This document shows positions 10,677 through 21,157 of a DNA stretch of 64,000 bases, piece by piece. The notes under the pieces were generated by a model. The model saw nothing but the letters and a program-made list of their open reading frames with translations, was not told where the DNA came from and did not search any database. The stretch is from an uncultured Pelagibacteraceae bacterium. GTDB lineage: Bacteria; Pseudomonadota; Alphaproteobacteria; Pelagibacterales; Pelagibacteraceae. A program made the position numbers and the translations under genes. Position 1 is the first letter of the stretch, and each line of letters opens with the position of its first letter. Where the stretch lies: positions 7,979 to 71,978 of the forward strand of contig CACPOL010000003.1 of assembly GCA_902635545.1 (NCBI GenBank), read 5' to 3'.

Positions 10677-11471
10677 ATGATAGGATTAATTTTTGGTGAT
10701 ACTGATTTTCCAATGGAAATTCTTAAAACTGTCAAAAAAAGGAAAATAAAATATTTAATTATTGATTTGTCAAAATCAAAGAAATTCAAAAAAAATAAAA
10801 AATCTTATTCAGTATCCATTGGTCAATTTGGTAAAATTATCAATATTCTAAAAGAAAATAACTGTAAAAAAGTCTTATTTGCAGGAAAAGTAAATAAACC
10901 TAACTTTTCTAAGTTAAAATTAGACTTAAAAGGTATTTATTATATCCCTAGAATAATCAAGGCATCTAAACTTGGAGATGCCGCAATACTTAAAGAAATC
11001 ATTAAAATATTATTTCAAAACAAAATAAAAACTGAAAATTCGCTTAAATTTAATCCTGAACTTTCATTAAAAAAGGGTAATTATTCAAAGATTAAACCAA
11101 ACAATCAAGATCTATTAGATATTAAAAAAGCAATAAAAACATTAAATAATTTAAAACAATATAATTTTAGTCAAGGAGTTGTAGTCAGAAATAAAAAAGT
11201 AGTTTCAATAGAGGGAAAAGGTGGAACTCAAAAAATGCTTGAAAAAAGCAGAAGTAAAAAATTTAAAAATAATGGAGTTTTGGTTAAATTTCCAAAAAAG
11301 AAACAAGATCTTAGAGTTGATCTACCCACTATTGGATTAAAAACTTTAAAACAAAGTAAAACTATTGGATTAAAGGGGATTGTATTTAAAAACAAACAAC
11401 ATGTTTTTTTAGATAAAAGCAAGTGTATTAAATTTGCCAATAAAAATAAGATGTTTATCTTAGTAAAATGA
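10677..11471 (+). CDS. lpxI: UDP-2,3-diacylglucosamine pyrophosphatase LpxI
   Basis: EGKGGT and KKKQDLRVDLPTIG motifs; lies between lpxA and lpxB as in other alphaproteobacteria. Confidence 0.93.
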   Translation: MIGLIFGDTDFPMEILKTVKKRKIKYLIIDLSKSKKFKKNKKSYSVSIGQFGKIINILKENNCKKVLFAGKVNKPNFSKLKLDLKGIYYIPRIIKASKLGDAAILKEIIKILFQNKIKTENSLKFNPELSLKKGNYSKIKPNNQDLLDIKKAIKTLNNLKQYNFSQGVVVRNKKVVSIEGKGGTQKMLEKSRSKKFKNNGVLVKFPKKKQDLRVDLPTIGLKTLKQSKTIGLKGIVFKNKQHVFLDKSKCIKFANKNKMFILVK

Positions 11472-12604
11472 AAAAAATTTTTATATTAACCGGCGAACCT
11501 TCAGGTGATAAATTAGCATCTACTGTAATTGCTAAACTTAAACAAAATCATTCTGACATGGAGTGTCTAAGTGTTGGAGGTTCTCATTTAAATTCACTTG
11601 GAGTTAGATCAATATATGATCTTAAAGAAATAACTTATATTGGTTTTACCAGTGTCATCTTAAACTTATTTAAAATCAGAAACAAAATTAACGAAACTGT
11701 TAAAAAGATAATTGAATTTAATCCAGATATTTTGTTTAGCGTAGATAGCCCAGATTTTACTTTGAGAGTTGCTGAAAAAGTAAAAAGTATTAATCCTAAT
11801 ATTAAAACAATACATTATGTAGCTCCTCAAGTTTGGGTTTGGAGAGAGGGAAGAGTTAAAAAGTTTAAAAAGTTCCTAGATCATATTTTATTATTATTTG
11901 ATTTTGAAAAAAAATATTTTGATAAAGAAAATATTCCAAATACTTTTGTGGGACATCCTTTACTAGAACGTGAGACAAATAACAAAATAGTTTTATCTAA
12001 CATCATATCAAATGAAAAAAAAATTATTTCTCTTTTTTCTGGTAGCAGATTGTCTGAAGTAAATATACTTTTACCTATATTAATTGATTTTATAAATATG
12101 ATGAATACAAAATTTGATAATTTAACTTTTGTATTTCATGCAACTGATGAAAATAAGAATTTAATTGCTGAAAAAATTAATAATATAAAATTAAAAAATG
12201 TCGAAGTTATTTCTGATGAAAATATAAAAAAACAAATACTTAATAAATCTACTTTTGCAGTTTCTAAATCTGGCACAGTTTCTCTTGAAATCTGTAATGC
12301 AAAAGTTCCCTCTATAATTATCTATAAAATGAATTTTTTGAATTTTTTAATTGTTAAAATGTTGGTCAAAATAAAATTTGCTAACATCATTAATATCATT
12401 AATAATAAAGAAATAATTCCAGAATTAATACAAAAAGAATGTAATGCTAAAGAGATTTATAATTCAGTTGTTTATTTTTTAAAAAATCCTGAATTAATGA
12501 AAAAGCAAATTAATGATTGTGAGGAAACTTTAACTAAAATCAGATCAAAAACCTCATCTTCTGATGAAGCCTCCTCAGTATTAACTAAGTTTCTTATTGG
12601 TTAA
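11468..12604 (+). CDS. lpxB: Lipid-A-disaccharide synthase
   Basis: GEPSGD, DSPDF, HYVAPQVWVWR, FVGHPL and SGTVSLE motifs. Confidence 0.98.
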   Translation: MKKIFILTGEPSGDKLASTVIAKLKQNHSDMECLSVGGSHLNSLGVRSIYDLKEITYIGFTSVILNLFKIRNKINETVKKIIEFNPDILFSVDSPDFTLRVAEKVKSINPNIKTIHYVAPQVWVWREGRVKKFKKFLDHILLLFDFEKKYFDKENIPNTFVGHPLLERETNNKIVLSNIISNEKKIISLFSGSRLSEVNILLPILIDFINMMNTKFDNLTFVFHATDENKNLIAEKINNIKLKNVEVISDENIKKQILNKSTFAVSKSGTVSLEICNAKVPSIIIYKMNFLNFLIVKMLVKIKFANIINIINNKEIIPELIQKECNAKEIYNSVVYFLKNPELMKKQINDCEETLTKIRSKTSSSDEASSVLTKFLIG

Positions 12605-13981
12605 TCTTTTTGCTACTTCCTCTTTTCCAAGAGAAATAATTATATCATATATTCCAGGTCCAAATTTTGAACCTGTTAAAGCTATTCTCAAGGGCTGTCC
12701 AACCCCTTTAAAATTAGTATCGTTTGATTTAATCAATTCTTTTACTATTGGTTCTAATGCTTCTTTGCTAAGTTTATCAACGTTACCAAGTTGAGTATTG
12801 AAATCAGAAATGACTTTTTTAGCCTTATCATCTATTAATTCAATGTCGTTTTGATCAAAATTAACTTCATCTAACATAATATATTGACCATTATTAAATA
12901 TATCTTCCAAAGTTTTAGCTTTATTTTTAAGGAAGGTAAGGGATTTTTTAATTTTATCTTTTTTATCTGATTTAATTTCACTTTTATATAATTTGCAATA
13001 CTCGATTAGTTGTTCGAATAGATTATTTTCATCAATATTCTTAATATAGTGCTCATTCATTGATAAAATTCTACTCATATCAAGTTTAGAAGGAGATCTA
13101 CCAATTCCTTCAAGATTAAAATGTTTAATACTTTCATCTAAAGTGAATATTTCTTTATCTTTATAAGACCATCCTAATCTAAGAAGATAATTTCTTAGAG
13201 CATCAGGTATAATACCAATTTTAGAGTAATCATCTAACGTAGACGCTTTATCTCTCTTTGATAATTTCTTTCCTTCAATTGTGTGTATCAAAGGTATATG
13301 AGCAAATGAAGGTATTTCCCATTTCATTGCTTGGTAAATTTGTATTTGTTTGAAGGTATTAATTTTATGATCATCACCTCTAATTATGTGTGTCATATTC
13401 ATTTGATGGTCATCCACAGATGCGGATAAGTTATAAGTGGGAGTTCCATCATTTCTTAAAATTATAAAATCTTCAATAGTATTATTATCAATTTCAACAT
13501 TTCCTTGGACTAAATCTTTTAATATAGATGTTCCATCCATTTTACTTTTAAATCTTATGACTGGTTTAATATCTTTAGGAGCCTCAGTTTCCTTTTTATC
13601 TCTCCACTTTCTATCATAGATGTAAGGAATTTTTTTTTGTCTTGCTCTTTTTTTTTGCTCTTCTATTTCTTCATTAGAACAATAACACTTATATGCATGA
13701 CCTTTTCTAAGTAATTCATTTGCTACTTTGATATGATCTTCAATTTTTTTAGATTGTATATATTCCTCACCATCATAATTAATGCCAATCCATTTAAGAG
13801 ATTTAATTATTTGATCTTTATATTTACTTTTTGATCTTTCTTTATCAGTATCTTCAACTCTTAAATAAAAATCACCTTTTTGGTTTTTTGAATATAACCA
13901 ATTAAATAAAGCTGTTCTCACACCTCCTATGTGTAAAGGTCCAGTAGGGGATGGAGCAAATCTTGTTGCTACTTTTTTCAT
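12581..13981 (-). CDS. gltX: Glutamate--tRNA ligase
   Basis: TRFAPSPTGPLHIGG, IRGDDH and KLSKR motifs. Confidence 0.98.
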   Translation of the reverse strand: MKKVATRFAPSPTGPLHIGGVRTALFNWLYSKNQKGDFYLRVEDTDKERSKSKYKDQIIKSLKWIGINYDGEEYIQSKKIEDHIKVANELLRKGHAYKCYCSNEEIEEQKKRARQKKIPYIYDRKWRDKKETEAPKDIKPVIRFKSKMDGTSILKDLVQGNVEIDNNTIEDFIILRNDGTPTYNLSASVDDHQMNMTHIIRGDDHKINTFKQIQIYQAMKWEIPSFAHIPLIHTIEGKKLSKRDKASTLDDYSKIGIIPDALRNYLLRLGWSYKDKEIFTLDESIKHFNLEGIGRSPSKLDMSRILSMNEHYIKNIDENNLFEQLIEYCKLYKSEIKSDKKDKIKKSLTFLKNKAKTLEDIFNNGQYIMLDEVNFDQNDIELIDDKAKKVISDFNTQLGNVDKLSKEALEPIVKELIKSNDTNFKGVGQPLRIALTGSKFGPGIYDIIISLGKEEVAKRLTNKKLS

Positions 13982-14003
13982 TGAAAATGTTTAAACTATT
14001 TTA

Positions 14004-14681
14004 CTAGAAGTTTCTATATAAAGATACTAATACGCCTTGTACTTTAACTCTATCAGGGCCAAAAATTTTAGTTTCGTAGTTTTTATTTGCACTTTCGAGT
14101 GCTACAACTTTACCTTTTTTTCTAATTCTTTTAAGCATAGCTTCATGCTCATCGATTAATGCAACAACGATTTTTCCATTATCAGCTGTATCAGTTCTTT
14201 TAATAATTACAGTATCACCCTCGTTAATTCCTGCTTCAATCATGGAATCTCCTTGAACTTTAAGTCCAAAATAATCACCATTTTTTTCTAAATTATTAGG
14301 TAGAGGTATTCGTGATACTTCATTTTGAATTGCTTCAACAGGAGTTCCTGCTGCTATTTTTCCTAAAACAGGCACTTCATGTTCATCAGACATAGGTTTT
14401 TCTTCATCTAAACCACCTTTGATAACACTAGGTGAAAAACTGTTGTAAATATCATTTGCAGAAGCAGTTTCTGGTAATTTAATTACTTCTAATGCTCTTG
14501 CTTTATGAGCAAGTCTTTTAATAAATCCTCTTTCTTCTAATGCACTAATTAACCTATGAATTCCTGACTTAGACTTTAAATTTAGAGACTCTTTCATTTC
14601 CTCGTAAGAAGGAGATACACCAGAGCTTCTCAACTTTTTGTTGATAAATAAAAGCAAGTTTTTTTGTTTTTTTGTTAGCAT
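14004..14681 (-). CDS. lexA: SOS repressor LexA
   Basis: N-terminal wHTH (SPSYEEM, KSKSGIHRL), IAAG cleavage site, GDSM catalytic Ser and LKR catalytic Lys. Confidence 0.98.
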   Translation of the reverse strand: MLTKKQKNLLLFINKKLRSSGVSPSYEEMKESLNLKSKSGIHRLISALEERGFIKRLAHKARALEVIKLPETASANDIYNSFSPSVIKGGLDEEKPMSDEHEVPVLGKIAAGTPVEAIQNEVSRIPLPNNLEKNGDYFGLKVQGDSMIEAGINEGDTVIIKRTDTADNGKIVVALIDEHEAMLKRIRKKGKVVALESANKNYETKIFGPDRVKVQGVLVSLYRNF

Positions 14682-14683
14682 AA

Positions 14684-14720
14684 GAACAAATATCGTACAA
14701 AATCTGTTCTACAAAAGTTC
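14684..14720. promoter_or_regulatory. Two alphaproteobacterial LexA (SOS) boxes upstream of lexA
   Basis: GAAC-aaatatc-GTAC (14684-14698) and GTTC-tacaaaa-GTTC (14706-14720) match the GTTC-N7-GTTC / GAAC-N7-GTAC consensus. Confidence 0.88.
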
Positions 14721-14770
14721 TCTACAATTCACAATAGTAAAAAAAGCCTTTAAAATTGCGAATTATTCGT

Positions 14771-15577
14771 CTAGAGAACAGAAAAAATAGAATTATTATC
14801 CAAATTTTTCAAAAGTGATTCACCTATTAAAAAAGTTTTAATAGAAGTCTTGTTAGATAATTCTAAAAGCTCATCTTTTGTTTTAATCCCACTTTCAGAA
14901 ATTAGTGGACCTTGATGATTAACTAAAACATCATGAATATCAAAAGTTGTATTTATGTCAGTTTTTAAATTTTTAAGGTTTCTATTATTTATTCCTATTA
15001 AAGCATCCTTAAATTTAAGAGCTTGTTTAGCTTCTTCAACGGTGTGAACTTCAACTATAATAGACATATTTAATTTTAGCGCTTCTTGATATAATTCTTC
15101 TGCCAATCTTTCACTAACTCCTGCTAATATAATTAATATTGCATCTGCTCCTTGACTACGTGCCAAATAAACTTGATACTTATCAATAAAGAAATCTTTG
15201 CACAAAATTGGAAGGTTAACGACATTTTTACACAAAAAAATATCAGACATATCGCCGTAAAAATATTCTTCCTCAGTTAGTACTGATAAGCATGTAATAT
15301 TTTTATTTCTATATATTTTTGCAATATCTTGAGGATGATAATCTTCAATAATGATACCAGCCGATGGACTTGCTTTTTTAATTTCACCAATTATAGATAT
15401 TTTATCATTTTTTATATTATTTGAAATTTTTTTTTTAAAATCGAAAAATTTACATTTATAAATATTTTCATATTCAATTATAAGATCTTTTAGTTTTTTT
15501 ATTGGCATAATAGATTTTTTTTTCTCAATCTCTTTTATTCTATTATCAATTATTTTTTTTAGAATATTATTAATCAT
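14771..15577 (-). CDS. trpC: Indole-3-glycerol phosphate synthase
   Basis: EIKKASPSAG, LSVLTE, KDFFID, GINNRNL and SESGI motifs. Confidence 0.97.
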   Translation of the reverse strand: MINNILKKIIDNRIKEIEKKKSIMPIKKLKDLIIEYENIYKCKFFDFKKKISNNIKNDKISIIGEIKKASPSAGIIIEDYHPQDIAKIYRNKNITCLSVLTEEEYFYGDMSDIFLCKNVVNLPILCKDFFIDKYQVYLARSQGADAILIILAGVSERLAEELYQEALKLNMSIIVEVHTVEEAKQALKFKDALIGINNRNLKNLKTDINTTFDIHDVLVNHQGPLISESGIKTKDELLELSNKTSIKTFLIGESLLKNLDNNSIFSVL

Positions 15578-16562
15578 TTTGAATTTTTTTTAAATATTTA
15601 AAAGTTTTGCCTGATAAAATATGTTCTTTTGCGTCTTGATACGCATCTGTAAAATTTTGATGAGATTCATTTACAATTAATCCTGCTGCTGCATTTAAGC
15701 ATACAGCTTTTGAAAAATCATTATCTTCACCTTTAAAAATATTTATCATCTTTTCAGCGTTAAATTTTGGATTATCACCTACAAGATTTTCAAATTTTAC
15801 AGCATTTATTTTTAGTTCATTAGGGTCAATTATAATTTCTGAAATATTATCATCTTTTAATTGAATAACATTTGTTTTAGCAAAGGGTGAAATTTCATCT
15901 AATCCATCTTCACTATTAACAATCCATGCAAATTTAATATTCAAATTTTTTAAAGCATTTGCAAAAATTTTTAAAAGTTTTTTTTCAAAGACTCCAACTA
16001 CTTGACGTTTTACTAAGGCAGGACTACTCAAAGGACCTATCATATTAAATATTGTTCTTTTGCCAATCTTTTTTCTGGTTGGTCCAACAAATTTCATTGC
16101 ACTATGATAATTTGGTGCGAACATAAAACCAAAATTATTATTATTAATTTGAGTTTCTATCTCATTTGGTTCAAGATCGATTTTTATTTTTAAAGCCTCT
16201 AAAACATCGCCAGATCCACATTTAGAAGATACTGCTTTATTTCCATGTTTTGCTACTTTGATACCCATGCTTGCAAGAAGTAAGGCTGAAGCTGTCGAAA
16301 TATTAAGAGTATTCTTACCATCACCACCAGTTCCACAAGTATCAATACAGTTATCCACATTTACTCTTTTCGATTTTTCCCTGAGAATATAAACACCGCC
16401 AGCTATTTCATCTGAAGCTTCACCTTTGTCCGAAAGTAATGTTAAAAAATCAAATATTTCTTTATCGTTAGCTTTACCTTCCATTAATAATTCAAAAGCA
16501 GCCTTACTCTCTTCAAAAGTTAGATTTTGTTTATTTCTAATTTTATCAATGAATTTCTTCAT
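15570..16562 (-). CDS. trpD: Anthranilate phosphoribosyltransferase
   Basis: DTCGTGGDG, NISTA, KHGNKAVSSKCGS and DGLDE motifs. Confidence 0.98.
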   Translation of the reverse strand: MKKFIDKIRNKQNLTFEESKAAFELLMEGKANDKEIFDFLTLLSDKGEASDEIAGGVYILREKSKRVNVDNCIDTCGTGGDGKNTLNISTASALLLASMGIKVAKHGNKAVSSKCGSGDVLEALKIKIDLEPNEIETQINNNNFGFMFAPNYHSAMKFVGPTRKKIGKRTIFNMIGPLSSPALVKRQVVGVFEKKLLKIFANALKNLNIKFAWIVNSEDGLDEISPFAKTNVIQLKDDNISEIIIDPNELKINAVKFENLVGDNPKFNAEKMINIFKGEDNDFSKAVCLNAAAGLIVNESHQNFTDAYQDAKEHILSGKTFKYLKKIQND

Positions 16563-16566
16563 GAAA

Positions 16567-17136
16567 CTATAGTTTAATAAAGTTTTTTAAAATTTTAATA
16601 CCTATCTTAGTCTTAATACTTTCGGGATGAAATTGCACTCCATGAACATTATATATTTTATGTTTTACACCCATTATTATTCCGTCTTTTGTTTCAGCTG
16701 TAATTTCAAGATCTCCAGATAAAGATTGTTTTTCAATAATAAGACTATGGTATCGAGTTGCTTCAAATATTTTTGGAAGATTTTTTAAAATTCCCTTTTT
16801 TTTTGATATTATTTTGCTAGTTTTTCCATGCATTAGTTTTTTTGCTTGTATAATCTTTGAACCAAAAACTTGTCCTATTATTTGATGACCAAGACAAACT
16901 CCTAATATTGGTAGCTTTTTATATAAAGATTTTACTATTTTAAGGCAATTGCCTGATTGATTAGGATTTCCAGGCCCGGGTGAAATTACTATCTTATTAT
17001 ATTTTTTTTTTAAAATTTTATCAGAAGTAATTTGATCATTTCTGATTACATCAACATTTACTTTTAGTGAAGATAAAAAATGATAGAGGTTAAAAGTAAA
17101 ACTATCATAATTATCAATTAAAATTATTTTTTTCAT
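16567..17136 (-). CDS. trpG: Anthranilate synthase component II (glutamine amidotransferase)
   Basis: IDNYDSFT, SPGPG, GVCLGHQ, RYHSL and QFHPES motifs. Confidence 0.97.
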   Translation of the reverse strand: MKKIILIDNYDSFTFNLYHFLSSLKVNVDVIRNDQITSDKILKKKYNKIVISPGPGNPNQSGNCLKIVKSLYKKLPILGVCLGHQIIGQVFGSKIIQAKKLMHGKTSKIISKKKGILKNLPKIFEATRYHSLIIEKQSLSGDLEITAETKDGIIMGVKHKIYNVHGVQFHPESIKTKIGIKILKNFIKL

Positions 17137-18596
17137 TTTAAAGCATTAATCAAAGCTTTCGCTTTATTTATTGTTTCCTCGTATTCTTTTAAAGGTATAC
17201 TATCAGCAACAATACCAGCACCAGCTTGAACATAAAATTTATCTTTTTTGGCAACTGCAGTTCGTAAAGCAATACAGGTATCAAATTCTCCATTAGCTGA
17301 AAAATATCCTATTCCTCCTGCGTAAACTTTTCTTTTTGTAGTCTCTAACTCATCAATTATTTCCATAGCTCTAATTTTAGGGGCACCTGATACAGTTCCA
17401 GCGGGGAAACCAGCTAAAAGCGATTTAAATTTAGATATTTTCTTATTATAATTACCAACTACATTGGAAACTATGTGCATAACATGTGAGTATTTTTCAA
17501 TTATAAAACTTTCAGTAACTTTTACGGTATTTATTTCAGAAACCTTCCCCGCATCATTTCTTCCAAGATCTAAAAGCATTAAATGTTCAGATAGTTCTTT
17601 TTTATCATTTAGTAAATCTTTTTCATTAAATTTATCCTGAATAGAGGTTTTGCCTCTAGGCCTCGTACCAGCAATTGGTCTTATTGTAATCTTATTATTT
17701 CTTAATCTAACCAAAATTTCTGGACTTGCACCTATAATTTGAAAATCTTTAAAATTAAAGAAAAACATGAATGGTGAAGGATTTGTTACTCTTAATTTTT
17801 TATATATTTCTAGAGGATCTTTATTTAATTTTGCTTCAAATCTTTGGCTTAACACAACCTGAAAAATATCTCCAATTCTAATATAGTCTTTTGCTTTTTT
17901 AACCATATTTAAGAACTTATTTTTTGAAGTGTTCGATTTTATATTAATTTGATTTTCATTATGTTTAAAATTATTTATCTCATTATTTTTTAATTTTGAT
18001 TGGAATAAAAGTTTTTCTAGTTCATCTTTAATTTCATCATATTTCTTATTATATTGTCTAATTTTTTCATCATTAAAAACATTTACTATAAAAAAAATTT
18101 TTTTTTTTAAATTATCATGAATTACGAGTGTTCTTGGTCTGATAAGCCTTACATCTGGTAAATTTAAATCATCTTTACAATTATTTGGAATTTTTTCTAT
18201 ATATCTAATTGAGTCATAGGAAAAATAACCTGAAATAAGTGAACATATAGGGGGTAATTCACGAGGTATATCAAATTTAAAATTTTGAATAATTTTTTCA
18301 ATTATTTTTTCAGGATTACCTTTTAATTTTAATTTTTTTTTTTCTGTTATTAAATATGAATTTTTATTATTAAATTCCCATATTTTATCTGGGTTTTTTC
18401 CAAAAATCGTATATCTGCCTTTAATTTTACCTTTTTCAACAGACTCAAATATAAAACTATTTTTTTCACGTAAAAAATTATTTATTAAATTAATAATTTC
18501 GTGATCATGATTGATTTTTTTTGAAATATATAAAGTTTGATTTTTGTTTCTTTTATGTCGAAACTTAAAATCTTTGAAGTTTCGATTTAATATCAT
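17133..18596 (-). CDS. trpE: Anthranilate synthase component I
   Basis: FESVE, NPSPF, PIAGTRPRG, EHLMLLDLGRND and GTVSGAPKIRAM motifs. Confidence 0.97.
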   Translation of the reverse strand: MILNRNFKDFKFRHKRNKNQTLYISKKINHDHEIINLINNFLREKNSFIFESVEKGKIKGRYTIFGKNPDKIWEFNNKNSYLITEKKKLKLKGNPEKIIEKIIQNFKFDIPRELPPICSLISGYFSYDSIRYIEKIPNNCKDDLNLPDVRLIRPRTLVIHDNLKKKIFFIVNVFNDEKIRQYNKKYDEIKDELEKLLFQSKLKNNEINNFKHNENQINIKSNTSKNKFLNMVKKAKDYIRIGDIFQVVLSQRFEAKLNKDPLEIYKKLRVTNPSPFMFFFNFKDFQIIGASPEILVRLRNNKITIRPIAGTRPRGKTSIQDKFNEKDLLNDKKELSEHLMLLDLGRNDAGKVSEINTVKVTESFIIEKYSHVMHIVSNVVGNYNKKISKFKSLLAGFPAGTVSGAPKIRAMEIIDELETTKRKVYAGGIGYFSANGEFDTCIALRTAVAKKDKFYVQAGAGIVADSIPLKEYEETINKAKALINALK

Positions 18597-20011
18597 TGGA
18601 AATAATTATTTACTCTATTTATAGTTTTTTGATTTAATGTAACATTATATTTATCATTTAAAAGAAAATCATACGATTTTAAAATTCTATTACGTTCGTT
18701 CGAGTTCTCTATTTTCTTTATTTTAAGCATTTCTTCTTTTTTATTAATTTTTTCATTAACTCTATAATCTTTAATTTGTATTAAATAAATTTTACCAAAA
18801 TTATCTGAAACTAAAGAAAATGAATTTTTTGATAAAGAATACATAATTTTTAATGAATTTATATCAAATAAATTATTATCATTTATAGATGTCAATTTAA
18901 TGTTTTTAATAAATTTTTGACCTAATTTTTCAAAAGAACTTCTTTTAAATGTTTTTTCATTTATTTCTTTGAATAGTTTTTCGTTAAGTTTTTTTTTATT
19001 CTCCTTTGAAAGCAAATTAATAATTTTATTTTTAGTGGCTAAATCTTTTAAGTCTGGGTTTTTATTATCAATATTATCAATATTATATAAGATAAAGGAA
19101 TCTTTATTTTCAATTATATCTATTTTATTTTCTCTTAAATTAAAAATATTACTTTCTAATTCATTAGATGTAGGAGAATTAGTAAAATTTTTAATTTTGA
19201 TTGGTTTTAAATTTAATTCTTTGGCAATATCTGTAAAAGTAATATTTTTTGAAATTTTATTTTCAATTTCATCAATTTTATTAAAGAAATTCTCATTAAA
19301 ATCATCAATTCCAATTAAATTTTTTGGTGTGATTTTAATATAAGAAAAATCGATATAATCTTGTTTTAATTTTTCACTATTCTCGTTAAGAAAATTTTTA
19401 ATTTCGCTATCATTAAATTCTGTGTTTTTTTTATACAAATTGTCTAACATAATATAATCCACAGTTAATAATCTATTTTGATCTTCTAAGGTTTTTTTGA
19501 TCATAAATTTGGGGGAAATAGTTCCAGCTCCAATATAATCAAAAAGCTGTTTTTGTTGAATATTTTTTTTTAATCTAATTTCATATGCTGGTGCTGAAAG
19601 ATTATTTTCTAGTAAAAATTTCTCATAAGCAACTCTCTTAAATTTACCATCAGAGTCAGCAAAATTTTTGTTTCTTTTAATTTTTTCTTTTAATAAACTA
19701 TCTGAAAAAAAAATGTCTAGATTTTTAATCTCTAGATCCAAAATAGTTTTTGATACTAAACCTGACAGTAATTCGTTTATAATATTTCTCTCGATATTTT
19801 TTTTAATGATATCTTCACTAATTCCTGAATTATTTAAATAATTCATAAAATCTTGGGTTGAAATGTTTGTATTATTTATTTTTGCAACATTGTTTGTATT
19901 TCCACTATTGAAAACGCTCCCCATTCCCCAAAATACAAATGGTATTATAATGATAACTATAAATACGCTTGCAATCTTAGTTTTTGCAAAATTTCTTAAA
20001 TTACTTAACAT
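18593..20011 (-). CDS. ppiD: SurA N-terminal domain / PpiD-like periplasmic chaperone
   Basis: N-terminal TM with FVFWG; conserved position between trpE and the divergent tpiA. Shorter than typical PpiD. Confidence 0.75.
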   Translation of the reverse strand: MLSNLRNFAKTKIASVFIVIIIIPFVFWGMGSVFNSGNTNNVAKINNTNISTQDFMNYLNNSGISEDIIKKNIERNIINELLSGLVSKTILDLEIKNLDIFFSDSLLKEKIKRNKNFADSDGKFKRVAYEKFLLENNLSAPAYEIRLKKNIQQKQLFDYIGAGTISPKFMIKKTLEDQNRLLTVDYIMLDNLYKKNTEFNDSEIKNFLNENSEKLKQDYIDFSYIKITPKNLIGIDDFNENFFNKIDEIENKISKNITFTDIAKELNLKPIKIKNFTNSPTSNELESNIFNLRENKIDIIENKDSFILYNIDNIDNKNPDLKDLATKNKIINLLSKENKKKLNEKLFKEINEKTFKRSSFEKLGQKFIKNIKLTSINDNNLFDINSLKIMYSLSKNSFSLVSDNFGKIYLIQIKDYRVNEKINKKEEMLKIKKIENSNERNRILKSYDFLLNDKYNVTLNQKTINRVNNYFQ

Positions 20012-20067
20012 AATCTTATAAATTTATTGATCTGTAAAAAACAAAGCTATAAATTAAATTCTTCATT

Positions 20068-20808
20068 ATGACAAATAAATATATGTACTTTGTAGCTAAT
20101 TGGAAAATGTTTGGAAACCTAAAATCCTTAAATTCCTTAGATAAGGTTATAAAATTTTCAAAATCTAAGGAAATAAAGAAAGGAAGATTAATTTATTGTC
20201 CCCCATATACGTTAATAAGCTCTTTTTTTAAAAAATTTAAAAATTGCCTTATAGATATAGGTGCGCAAAATTGTCATGAAAGCATTGACTACGGTCCTCA
20301 TACAGGTTTTGTAAATTGTAAAATGCTAAAAGATATTGGAGCTAATTATGTCATTATAGGTCATTCTGAGAATAGAAGTAAAGGAGAGACAGATAAAATA
20401 ATAAATATCAAAATTAAAAGTGCGATTAAAGCTAAATTAAAAGTGATTTTTTGTATTGGTGAAACATTGACGGAAAAAAGAAAAAAAAAAACTAGATCTG
20501 TTTTATCAAAACAAATTAAAATTGGCCTTAATAAGATTAAAAAAAAATCAAATATGTTTATAGCTTATGAACCAGTTTGGTCAATCGGGACAGGAAAAAT
20601 ACCAAGTACAAAAGAACTTGAACAAATTATTGAATTTATAAAAAATAAATTTAAAGGAAGATCACCTAAAATATTATACGGCGGATCAGTTAATCCTAAA
20701 AATATAAAGAATATAAAAAATATTAATAACTTAAATGGTTTTTTAGTTGGAGGAGCTTCACAAAATCCAAAAAAATTTATTGATATAGTTAAAAAAACCT
20801 ATAATTAA
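20068..20808 (+). CDS. tpiA: Triosephosphate isomerase
   Basis: ANWKM, GHSENR, AYEPVWSIGTG, YGGSV and LVGGAS motifs. Confidence 0.97.
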   Translation: MTNKYMYFVANWKMFGNLKSLNSLDKVIKFSKSKEIKKGRLIYCPPYTLISSFFKKFKNCLIDIGAQNCHESIDYGPHTGFVNCKMLKDIGANYVIIGHSENRSKGETDKIINIKIKSAIKAKLKVIFCIGETLTEKRKKKTRSVLSKQIKIGLNKIKKKSNMFIAYEPVWSIGTGKIPSTKELEQIIEFIKNKFKGRSPKILYGGSVNPKNIKNIKNINNLNGFLVGGASQNPKKFIDIVKKTYN

Positions 20809-20813
20809 CTCTC

Positions 20814-21116
20814 ATGGAAAATATTCTATTAGTGCTAAATATTGTTCTGGCCATAATCTTAGTTTTGTTAGTATTAATGCAAAAATCTGAAGGAGGAGCG
20901 CTTGGAATTGGTGTTTCTCAAGATAATTTCATGTTTTCAAGATCAGCAGGAAATTTTATGACTAAAGCAACTGCTGTTGTTGCTGCATTATTTATATTTT
21001 GTAGTCTGGGATTAACTATTGTTTCAAGAGGGGAATTGACACCTACCAGTTCTGTTTTAGATAAAGTTGAGGAAAAAACAGACGATACTCCAGAAATTCC
21101 TGAAAATAATAATTAA
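20814..21116 (+). CDS. secG: Preprotein translocase subunit SecG
   Basis: Two TMs with LMQKSEGGALG; tpiA-secG-pyrG synteny. Confidence 0.96.
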   Translation: MENILLVLNIVLAIILVLLVLMQKSEGGALGIGVSQDNFMFSRSAGNFMTKATAVVAALFIFCSLGLTIVSRGELTPTSSVLDKVEEKTDDTPEIPENNN

Positions 21117-21157
21117 ATCCTTTCCATTATCTTTTTTATTCGCTATAAGATACTTCC

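Noticed and set aside
20068-20808. TpiA GHSENR instead of GHSERR as a sign of inactivation
   Set aside because: The catalytic Lys, His and Glu and the loop motifs are intact, so it is likely a benign variant.
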